IMG/VR virus record: IMGVR_UViG_3300012665_000987 | Span: 1-28,388 of that record | Direction: 5' to 3' (one strand) | Origin: a virus | Taxonomy: Duplodnaviria; Caudoviricetes | Length of the DNA: 28,388 nucleotides | Shown here: positions 16,501 to 24,514 of the stretch, in pieces | Position numbering within the stretch: position 1 is the stretch's first letter | How the letters are laid out: every line of letters begins with the position of its first letter | Position numbers and translations under genes: made by a program | Notes under the pieces: generated by a model | Seen by the model: the letters and a program-made list of their open reading frames with translations, nothing else | Databases searched by the model: none | What the model was told of the DNA's origin: nothing

Positions 16501-19500
16501 TGGTTCTACCGCATCATTTATTCTAGATGAAACAACTCCGTGGCCATTTGATATATTTTCATATGATTCAGAAATATGTTCACGAGATGTTGGACTAATT
16601 CTAGATGGTGTACAGTACGATGTTGTTTTAGGTACTAACTTTAATCAAAGAAAATCAGGATTAGTTTATAGAGCAAATAATGCTCGAGAAGTTATTGACA
16701 ATCAATTAAACTATACAATCTCTGCTATTCAAGAAACTCATGCACTTGCGTCTGCAGAGATTCCTGGAGACGAATATGCAGCATCACGTGCTGCTATTGA
16801 TCTTAGCAGTTCTACTATTAGTAACATTCTTAGAAATGGTACTATTAGTGCATCAACTCTTTCAATCACTAATCCGCCCGGACTATCAACCAATCTTGCT
16901 AATGCGAAAACATTGTTGTTAGCAAACCTTGAATACATTAAAGATCAAACCATCGGGTGGATAGATGCACAGATAAGTGGTAATATTAGCCCGTTCACTA
17001 CTAGTTTTGTGTATGATTCAGTAATTTATGCTCGTGACATTCAGTACATCATTGAAGCAACTGCATATAATTTAATCTACGGCGGAAATAATGCAGTTGT
17101 AGATGCTGGATTAAAATATTATGATGGTGTGGGTAACCTTATTACATTACAAATACCAAGTGGTGAGGTTTCAACAACTGTTGCTGCTATCGATTATGCA
17201 AAATATCTGGCCAAACGAGTTATACAAAACTTAGCGCCAGCTGTTTCATATAGTTCAACTACCAGAACAACAGGAACCGGTGCGTCGGCAACTGAAGCAG
17301 CAACCATTGAAACACTAATAACCTATGTTACTAGTATTTTATCAGGTGGCGTTAGTTCTGCTCCAACTATTACAACTCCAACACTTGTTGGCGGAGCATA
17401 TACCTACGATAGCAACAAAGTGGCTGCTGCTGATATTATTCAAACAGAAAAAACTAATATTCAAGCTGCTGTTATTGTCTATGTAAATTTAATTGCAAAT
17501 AGATACGAAGTATTGATGCCAGGTAACAGAAGTATGCTGGCCAATGACTTTACCCAAGTTAACGACATGGGATATGCACTAGTGACCAATAACGGTGGTT
17601 TGTTAGAAGCAGTATCTGTATTCACATACTATTGCTACATCTCATACTACTCACGTAACGGTGGACAGATTCGATCGATTGGCGGATCAAGCGCACACGG
17701 TGTGTACGCTTTGGTTGCTGAAGGTGCTGACCCATTAGAAATTCCAACACCAGTAACGCTGTATCAAGATTTAGCAACTGGTGCAACTGTTGTATCAACT
17801 GGCATATATCTAAATGCATCCGGCGGTCTAACTGTTTACATTAATAATTATGAGTTTGTTCCGCTTGACAACAGCGAATTCGAAGTAATACATACTGACG
17901 GAAATCTATATAGATATTCTGTTACATCAGTATCAATTGCCGATTTGCCTGCAGGCTATGCAAGATTAAACATTTCGTCCACTGGTAACAGTACTACTGC
18001 TGGGTTGGCGTACGGTATCCCTGATGGTACTAAAGTTACTGTTAGAGCGTTATCACAAGTGGCGTTAACTGGCGATGTTGTTGATGTTGCTACACGCCCA
18101 TCAACTGCGTTGGCATTAAACGAAACCACTAGTGTGTATCGTGTATTACAATTCCAAGACTATACGGATCCAGACGGTGAACAAACATGTACTATTAGTG
18201 TAGGCAATCCTGCACTAATCACAGCAACAGCACACGGTCAGCTAGCTGGTTACATTGTGATTTTCTCATCCACTAGTACATTGCCAACAGGCATAACTGC
18301 TGGTGTAAAATACTACGTGTTAGATACCGGTCTGTCAGTAAACACATTTAGAGTGTCACTAGTTAAGAACGGAAGCCCTGTAGTTACTACAACAGCAGGT
18401 TCTGGCACATTCTCGTTTGTTCCAGGCGGATTGGCTAGAACATCACTTCGTGAAAACTACGACTATGTTGAGCTAACTCCATGGAGCCCTAACGAATACC
18501 GCGGTGCAACATTTACTGTTACTATCCCTATCAACACAGCAACCTTAATGACAGCATCAGGTACTCACGGGTTCTCGGTAGGTGATGTTGTAGCATTTAG
18601 TACTAACGGATCCTTACCGATTGGTGTTTCTAATACTAGAAATTATTTTGTGATTGCAGCCGGTCTAAGTACAACTCAATTTAAAGTGTCGGCAACTCCG
18701 GGCGGCGACCCAGTAGATACAACTGGTACACAAACTGGCATCCATACCGTTGGCAAGGTTAAGGGTCTAGCTGGAGATAGTTCTTTTGCAATTACAGCAT
18801 TGAGTTCTTTAGATACTGCTCGAGTTGTAGGAATGAAAGTTGTGTGGCTCGGTGAAAAATATACAGTTACACAATATGATACTGAATTAGTTACTGGCGA
18901 GTCGTACGGTCGAATCTATTTTGATCGAGGACTAGTAGACAACATATTAGTTTATTCATCGCCGCCAACATTAAAAGCCGGTGTAGGCAGACGTCTAAAT
19001 GCTTCTTCAGGAACACTAACAATTCGTATTTCGTTAACTCGTGTTACAGGCCACGACTTGTTAGAAATTGGTACAGGCTCGTATGCTGATACAAACTATC
19101 CAAACGAAATTTATGGTGCTGCTGTTAATCCGTTAGACGATGCCAACGAAACTCAAGAACGAGGTTCAGGACGTACCTTCTATGTAACTACTGACCAATT
19201 TGGTAACTTTAGAGTTGGTCCATATTTCCGTGTTGACCAAGGTACTGGTAAAGTTACATTCTCTGCTGCGATTGCGTTGAGCAACTTAGATGGTTTAGGA
19301 TTTAAACGTGGTGTTCCTATTTCAGAGTTCTCAACAGATTCTGCAATGACTAACAATGCCACAGATACTGTGCCAACACAAAATGCAACACGTACATATA
19401 TTGAACGTCGACTAGGTATTAGTCACATAGGTGCTCCTATAGTAGACACTCAATTGATTCCGCCATTAACTGGTGGCTTCATGAGCTTAGACGGTCAGCT

Positions 19501-21475
19501 GGTTATGAACGGCGACATGAATCTTGGCGATAACAGAATCATTAATGTTGCAGATCCTGTACAACCAACAGATGCTGTTAATCTTCAAAGTTTGGCACTA
19601 GAAAATTTTGCAGAATTTATTCTCGACGAACCAAAGGCTGCAGAATTATTAGTCTTTACTGGCGAGGGAAGTAATTCAGAAAATGCTACTGTAATCGGCG
19701 ATATCAATCTAAGTTTAGATAGTACTGCGCATACAGTTAGTTCTCAAATTAATTCAGAGGTTATCACTAATACCAATATTAGTTCATCGGCTGCTATTGA
19801 CCATGCAAAATTAAGTTTAGACACAGCATATGCAACTACAGCAGCTACCCTATCGGTTACTGCTAACGGAACTGGCGCTATCGATTTTTCTGCTAGCATT
19901 TCAGGAACAACATTAACTATTAGGACGTCTGGTGCAGAAGGATTATTGATTCAAGCAGGATTAACAGTTTCTGGAGGAGTTGTTCCGGAGAATACTTACA
20001 TTGTTGCAAACATCAGTGGTGTTGGTCTTAATAGTACATGGCAGTTAAACAACTCTGTTTCGCAGGCTACAACAACATTAACAGCATCATTAGTAACATT
20101 AACATTTGCATCTCAATCAGTAGCACCGTTTAGTAACGGTCAGAGAATTGAGGTAACTGGGTTGAGTGTAAGCGGATATAACGGAACGCAACGTGTTGTT
20201 AACTCTACTCAAACAACTGTAACCTATAGTGGTGTTACAACTGGGTCAGCAACAGGCGGGGCTGTACGTGCATTACGAGGTACCGCAGCATTTGACACAA
20301 CTCAATTTACAGTAACTAACGGATACGTAACTATTAAAGATAACGGTCTGTTAAAAGAAAAGCTACAAAAGATTACTGGTCAACGTGTACTAGGAAATTC
20401 GGGATCTTCGTTAACTACAGACAATATTGCAGAAGTAACATTTGCAACCATTATTGATAACGGTCTTGGATTGAAAAAATCGTTGTATGGCGGTACTGCT
20501 GTTGCACTCAGTGCTAGTGGTGTGTTCATGCAACGTAAACCAGGATTTACTGGCCTATTAGATTCCGACTATCAATTAGTTGAAGCAACTGACGGAACAG
20601 GCTCAGGAGTATCTTGGGCAGCAGGCGATAACGGTAGATTGGTTTCGAGATCAAGTCAAGGCCAGTCAGCTGTTAGAGAATTGACCATAGAAGGCAATAA
20701 CTTAACTACAGGATATGGCGGATTAAGAATTAAAAATTCAACCGACGGCGGAACAACAGAAGCTGCCGGATCTGGATTATTATTCTTAAACAGAACAATA
20801 ACTGCAACAGGTGGATCTCATAGAATATATGCTTGGCAACCAACTGGCACTACATCATTCCAAGGTGGTATTTTAATTGGTGGAAAGAACTCTACAGGAA
20901 CTGCTGCTGACGAAGTTACATTCTATGACAACACTACACACCAATTTAGAAATAGGGCAGGAACCGCAGATGGTAACATTGTTGCTTCACAGGTGCAAGC
21001 ATTAACACTGACTGCTGGTGCTCCAACTACTGTTGCTAAAATTATTGGCCGTTGGCAGTTAGACGGAGTTGGCTCAAGAATGCAGGCAACTTACTCCGCT
21101 GACTTAGCAGAGTACTATGAAGGTGACAAAGAGTACGATGTAGGCACAGTACTTGTATTCGGCGGCGATAAAGAAGTAACTATTTCTAAAGTCAAAGAAG
21201 ACCATAGAATTGCCGGCGTAGTTAGCGACACTGCTGCATATTCAATGTATGGTGCTTGCCCAGGACATAAAAACCTAATTGCCTTACAAGGTCGTGTACC
21301 TGTTAAAGTAGTGGGCAACATTACTAAAGGCGATCTACTAACCACATCTACAATTGCAGGTGTTGCAGTATCAGCTGGTGGAAATGCTAGAACAGGAACT
21401 GTAATAGGTAAAGCATTAGAAGATTATAACTCAGATCATGTAGGCACAATTCAAGTTGCCGTAGGAAGAACATAA
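13571..21475 (+). CDS. Giant multidomain virion protein (baseplate/tail fibre)
   Basis: N-terminal gp9/gp10-like NDGTGDSIRDSFRKVNENFLELY. Beta-helix entry motif ESGTYEENYPLKVPQNVAIIGDEFRR and repeated AHG..LPTG..YYV modules. C-terminal ADLAEYY...GTVLVFGG chaperone/peptidase-like domain. ATG 13571 has SD AGGA. Confidence 0.88.
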   Translation: MARKPIDIGVVGNDGTGDSIRDSFRKVNENFLELYSSLGLGDRLTFKGLDDTPSSYDGYENALLTVGVDQTTGLSGIKFKPLLEGTGVKIDTTATGITINTLFSAISGDPSPQLGGPLNAGSGTLRFPIGNLPDLRSASEFSTAIARLTQSHGLLYADPDRIVANKGYVDKKISLAGVDAIDPRTNRVNPDFGRMTGPLVLSRDPIPSDDETFDGLVAATKRYVDGSAFGSVSNLYVALSGQDERPGVSMALQGRALAYAYRTVEAALKRAEELILESRVEIGPYKKVLTYGEGTAQCTLSDISVAPDSGSGFEGVAYMSIATISIADNSLDYNYRAGDIIFLNVGGTGTPAQVEVLAVNAGGEILSFRLVTPGVYSVLPGGLIDSTTDSDFGGGATFNVTYKVNNIRVKTVIDDGVDGRGSGYGLVSVRIVPGSGDTTGSGAFGTANVVDGKVESVTVTDQGSGFTVTPDVIVTLPRFKLYTAGLRTDFTGNVLVNTSAAARTRDIRDGLYLRGEESGALAQILSHRGELDGLDEVFDVDIKYGAFTVGEVISYGDVTKLQQISINIESGTYEENYPLKVPQNVAIIGDEFRRVIIKPKVGVSSSPWAFVNFKRDLSIDDNITAEQEFGWHYLADPSKPVYPLINNKGYYRSAAELLSLNKSFIQEEIIAWIAEQVSEAEPSDTFYNFNDYSTSVWKRNVGSIIDAYIFDLKWGGYNRTISAALKYQDSDTDQFTAAINYIDTLGQQIIANTAITTIYNTIKQQVIDLAYVAEVGSDSVITELKDVVIDFINGSGAGAAVPNFPKDNNDLDVFLCNDAVIVRAVTCQGHGGFMMVLDPEGQILAKSPYAQECASFSRSTGRKRFSGGMFVDGFTGNLQFEIYEKGVAAAGNFIIGNSYTIKTVGTTDFTTLGAANNDIGTVFTATGSGAGTTGTAYNNTFLRVRGLGRFPNLPASFIVNDTVYRINYVRDFVYSASGSTASFILDETTPWPFDIFSYDSEICSRDVGLILDGVQYDVVLGTNFNQRKSGLVYRANNAREVIDNQLNYTISAIQETHALASAEIPGDEYAASRAAIDLSSSTISNILRNGTISASTLSITNPPGLSTNLANAKTLLLANLEYIKDQTIGWIDAQISGNISPFTTSFVYDSVIYARDIQYIIEATAYNLIYGGNNAVVDAGLKYYDGVGNLITLQIPSGEVSTTVAAIDYAKYLAKRVIQNLAPAVSYSSTTRTTGTGASATEAATIETLITYVTSILSGGVSSAPTITTPTLVGGAYTYDSNKVAAADIIQTEKTNIQAAVIVYVNLIANRYEVLMPGNRSMLANDFTQVNDMGYALVTNNGGLLEAVSVFTYYCYISYYSRNGGQIRSIGGSSAHGVYALVAEGADPLEIPTPVTLYQDLATGATVVSTGIYLNASGGLTVYINNYEFVPLDNSEFEVIHTDGNLYRYSVTSVSIADLPAGYARLNISSTGNSTTAGLAYGIPDGTKVTVRALSQVALTGDVVDVATRPSTALALNETTSVYRVLQFQDYTDPDGEQTCTISVGNPALITATAHGQLAGYIVIFSSTSTLPTGITAGVKYYVLDTGLSVNTFRVSLVKNGSPVVTTTAGSGTFSFVPGGLARTSLRENYDYVELTPWSPNEYRGATFTVTIPINTATLMTASGTHGFSVGDVVAFSTNGSLPIGVSNTRNYFVIAAGLSTTQFKVSATPGGDPVDTTGTQTGIHTVGKVKGLAGDSSFAITALSSLDTARVVGMKVVWLGEKYTVTQYDTELVTGESYGRIYFDRGLVDNILVYSSPPTLKAGVGRRLNASSGTLTIRISLTRVTGHDLLEIGTGSYADTNYPNEIYGAAVNPLDDANETQERGSGRTFYVTTDQFGNFRVGPYFRVDQGTGKVTFSAAIALSNLDGLGFKRGVPISEFSTDSAMTNNATDTVPTQNATRTYIERRLGISHIGAPIVDTQLIPPLTGGFMSLDGQLVMNGDMNLGDNRIINVADPVQPTDAVNLQSLALENFAEFILDEPKAAELLVFTGEGSNSENATVIGDINLSLDSTAHTVSSQINSEVITNTNISSSAAIDHAKLSLDTAYATTAATLSVTANGTGAIDFSASISGTTLTIRTSGAEGLLIQAGLTVSGGVVPENTYIVANISGVGLNSTWQLNNSVSQATTTLTASLVTLTFASQSVAPFSNGQRIEVTGLSVSGYNGTQRVVNSTQTTVTYSGVTTGSATGGAVRALRGTAAFDTTQFTVTNGYVTIKDNGLLKEKLQKITGQRVLGNSGSSLTTDNIAEVTFATIIDNGLGLKKSLYGGTAVALSASGVFMQRKPGFTGLLDSDYQLVEATDGTGSGVSWAAGDNGRLVSRSSQGQSAVRELTIEGNNLTTGYGGLRIKNSTDGGTTEAAGSGLLFLNRTITATGGSHRIYAWQPTGTTSFQGGILIGGKNSTGTAADEVTFYDNTTHQFRNRAGTADGNIVASQVQALTLTAGAPTTVAKIIGRWQLDGVGSRMQATYSADLAEYYEGDKEYDVGTVLVFGGDKEVTISKVKEDHRIAGVVSDTAAYSMYGACPGHKNLIALQGRVPVKVVGNITKGDLLTTSTIAGVAVSAGGNARTGTVIGKALEDYNSDHVGTIQVAVGRT

Positions 21476-23913
21476 TGGCTAAAAAAAGTATAAATTCGCA
21501 ACAACCTCCAATAATTTGGGATATTGTTGATCAAGCATTCAAAGATATCAACGACAACTTCACCGAATTATATCTTACTATCGGAGGCGGTGGCGGGATT
21601 GTTGACCTTACATCGTTAACTACAAATGTGTCTCCGAGTACAAACGGTGCTTACGATCTAGGCTCTGCAACTAGACGATGGAAAAATTTATATCTAACTG
21701 GTACTTCGTTGTACTTAGGTGATGCTCATTTAACAGCAACCGGTTCAGCAGTTAACTTACCGTCGGGATCAACAATCGGTGGTGAGTTAATCCGGAACCC
21801 CGCTGAGAGCAGTTTTAGAACAATTAGAATATCAGGACAAAATGATGTCATAGCCAACGACTATGCCGGAGTATTAACTCTAGTTGGAAATGGCATTACC
21901 ATTACTACTTCCCAAGCGTCGGATAGAATTACTTTTACAAATACCGGTGTTACAGATGTTACCTCAGGCAACGCTGGAATATCAGTTAGTGGTACTACTA
22001 TTAAAAGTATTAGCAATAGCGGCGTATTAAAAAATCTTGCTGGGACTGGAATCAGCGTTAGCGGTGACGGTACTGGCAATGTAACCATTGTCAACAACGG
22101 TGTTACAAGATTAATTCCAGGTAGCGGTATTATTTTAAATCCAAGTGGCGGTACTGGTGACATTACCATTACTAATAGTTCTCCAAACATTACACAAAAC
22201 TTGTGGCGATTTATTGCGGCTGCTGGACAAAGTACACTTGATCCAATATCATCAAACTCCACACTGTCATTTGCAGTTGGTAACGGAATGTCAGTTGCAA
22301 CTAGTGCTCTTAATAATTCTGTTACATATACCAACACAGGTGTTACTAGCTTATCCGGTGGTACTGGTATCAGTGTATCAAGCAGTACAGGATCTGTTAA
22401 CTTGGTAAACACAGGTGTTACAAGTTTAACAGCAGGCGATGGAATTAGTATAAGTTCTAGTACTGGTGGCATTACAGTTGCTAATACTAGACTTGGATTT
22501 ACAAGTGTTGCTGTTAGTGGACAAAGTCCTCAAAGTCCAATATTAGCTGACACTGTTACAGATACACTAACATTAGTAGCTGGCGACGGAATTATTTTAA
22601 CAACCAATGCTAATAACGATTCAATTACAATTACAGCACCTCTATCAGAGGACATTACCTGTCGTAGCATTAGCGGGTTTGATTCTACATTAATTATCAA
22701 TGGTACTACTAGTACTGTAGTTGGTAATATTTCAACTGCATCATTGAGAACCAGTGAAGATAGTATTACACTAGGAACCTTGGCTAGATCTGCGAGCAGC
22801 AGCGGAATGGCTGTTGCTATTGGATGGAGTGCTGGTAAAACTGGTCAGCAAGGCTATTCTATTGCGATTGGTCAGCAAGCCGGCGAAACAACCCAAGGAC
22901 AGGCCGGTATTGCTATCGGACCACAATCTGGTCAGACTACGCAAGGCAATAATTCAATTGCAATGGGAAGTTCAGCGGGTAACACTGGTCAAGGCGATGC
23001 TGCTGTTGCTGTCGGTAGCTCTGCAGGACTTTCATCACAAGGAATTAACGCAGTTGCTATCGGAGTCACTGCTGGACAAACTTCACAAGGACAACAAGCG
23101 GTATCGATAGGAAGATTAGCTGGACAAACTTCACAGGGCGCCTCATCAGTTGCTATTGGAGTCACTGCTGGGCAAACTTCACAAGGTGAAGCCTCAGTAG
23201 CAATAGGTGGTAATACTGGAGTAACTAACCAAGGAGCCAGTGCCGTAGCTGTTGGCGCTAATGCAGGTACCACATCGCAAGGTGCGTTCTCAACAGCAAT
23301 TGGAGCAAATGCCGGCAATACAAATCAACACGCTAACACAATTATTATTAACGCTGGAAGTACTACTACAAATAGCAATGGTACTGATCGATTCTTTGTT
23401 AACCCAGTACGCAATACAGCAACAAATTATGTTGTACATTATAACCCAGTAACTAAAGAAGTTACCTACGGTGAAGGATTAACTGTTGGCAGTATCAATG
23501 TTAACAGCAATGTAATTACTACCATCGATTCTAATGCAGATTTAGAATTAGCAGCCAGCGGTACCGGCAAAGTTTTAATTAACGACAAATTAACAGTAGT
23601 TGGACAAACTACACTCCAAAGCGGCTTGTTCCAAGGAGTTATGGATCTAGCAGGTTTAGCCAGCGGAGATCTTACGTTAACTGCTGCTGATTTTACTGGA
23701 AATATTTTAACAGCACAACCACTGTTTACAAACAGAACATTGTATATTCCAGATGCAGGTGTGTCAGTTGCTGGATTAAGATTATTCATTAAAAACAGAT
23801 CAGGAACATACTCAATAACTGTAAAAGATACTTCGCTTAACACTATTGACATAGTAGTTGCAACAGGCAAAACTAAAATAGTTTGCGACGGCTATTCTTG
23901 GATAGTGGAGTAA
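21475..23913 (+). CDS. Tail fibre / adhesin-like protein with YadA-head-like repeats
   Basis: N-terminal AFKDINDNFTELY, YDLGSATRRWKNLYL, GVTSL.AG.GIS shaft repeats and 16-aa AIG..AG..QG repeats. Confidence 0.85.
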   Translation: MAKKSINSQQPPIIWDIVDQAFKDINDNFTELYLTIGGGGGIVDLTSLTTNVSPSTNGAYDLGSATRRWKNLYLTGTSLYLGDAHLTATGSAVNLPSGSTIGGELIRNPAESSFRTIRISGQNDVIANDYAGVLTLVGNGITITTSQASDRITFTNTGVTDVTSGNAGISVSGTTIKSISNSGVLKNLAGTGISVSGDGTGNVTIVNNGVTRLIPGSGIILNPSGGTGDITITNSSPNITQNLWRFIAAAGQSTLDPISSNSTLSFAVGNGMSVATSALNNSVTYTNTGVTSLSGGTGISVSSSTGSVNLVNTGVTSLTAGDGISISSSTGGITVANTRLGFTSVAVSGQSPQSPILADTVTDTLTLVAGDGIILTTNANNDSITITAPLSEDITCRSISGFDSTLIINGTTSTVVGNISTASLRTSEDSITLGTLARSASSSGMAVAIGWSAGKTGQQGYSIAIGQQAGETTQGQAGIAIGPQSGQTTQGNNSIAMGSSAGNTGQGDAAVAVGSSAGLSSQGINAVAIGVTAGQTSQGQQAVSIGRLAGQTSQGASSVAIGVTAGQTSQGEASVAIGGNTGVTNQGASAVAVGANAGTTSQGAFSTAIGANAGNTNQHANTIIINAGSTTTNSNGTDRFFVNPVRNTATNYVVHYNPVTKEVTYGEGLTVGSINVNSNVITTIDSNADLELAASGTGKVLINDKLTVVGQTTLQSGLFQGVMDLAGLASGDLTLTAADFTGNILTAQPLFTNRTLYIPDAGVSVAGLRLFIKNRSGTYSITVKDTSLNTIDIVVATGKTKIVCDGYSWIVE
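22810..23337 (+). repeat. Eleven tandem 48-bp (16-aa) coding repeats
   Basis: Consensus (A/S)VAIGxxAGxTxQGxx repeated 11 times. Segments 23051-23090 and 23147-23186 match at 38/40 nt. Confidence 0.9.
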
Positions 23914-23933
23914 AATTTAATACCATGGAGCGG

Positions 23934-23939
23934 TAAATA
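23934..23939 (+). promoter_or_regulatory. Putative late promoter (TAAATA)
   Basis: TAAATA, 5 nt, then ATG 23945. Confidence 0.6.
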
Positions 23940-23944
23940 CTACT

Positions 23945-24502
23945 ATGACAATACAAAGAATCAATTTAGGTAATCAAGTAAACGACGGTCTTGGCGATGA
24001 TCTGCGTACCGCTTTTGAAAAAGTAAATGCTAATTTTACAGAATTAAATTCTCAATTAACTGTTACCGCATCAAATATTGGCGGTACAGGATACGGCATT
24101 TTTAATAAAAAAGTCAATAACAATTTAGAATTTAAAAATATTGTTCCGGGTAGAGGAATTTCAATTGAAGCTCAACCTACTTCATTAATTATTAATAGTG
24201 CTGCTCCTGTAGCATTTAGCAAGGTGGTACCTACATCGGGATCATCAATTACTGCTACTCCCGACAATTTAGGACAACTTAATATCGGCGGTGGCACTAA
24301 TATCAGTGTGTCGGGGTCTGGTTCAACATTAACTATCGATACCAATATCAATTTAAATCAAGTGTTACTGAATTTTGATTTTGGACCAATATCAGATCAA
24401 TTTATAAATCCTACACAATTAGCATTAGCAGCGGCCAATATCGACATGGGTACTGTTGAAAATCCAGGTAGACTTAGTTTCGACCTAGGTACAATACTTT
24501 AA
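23945..24502 (+). CDS. Baseplate/fibre connector-like structural protein
   Basis: gp9/gp10-like N-terminus INLGNQVNDGLGDDLRTAFEKVNANFTEL. Confidence 0.8.
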   Translation: MTIQRINLGNQVNDGLGDDLRTAFEKVNANFTELNSQLTVTASNIGGTGYGIFNKKVNNNLEFKNIVPGRGISIEAQPTSLIINSAAPVAFSKVVPTSGSSITATPDNLGQLNIGGGTNISVSGSGSTLTIDTNINLNQVLLNFDFGPISDQFINPTQLALAAANIDMGTVENPGRLSFDLGTIL

Positions 24503-24514
24503 GGAGTTGGACCA

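Noticed and set aside
23051-23186. DGR template/variable repeat pair or CRISPR-like array
   Set aside because: The repeats are in-frame coding units with synonymous differences. There are no unique spacers, reverse transcriptase or cas genes in the window.
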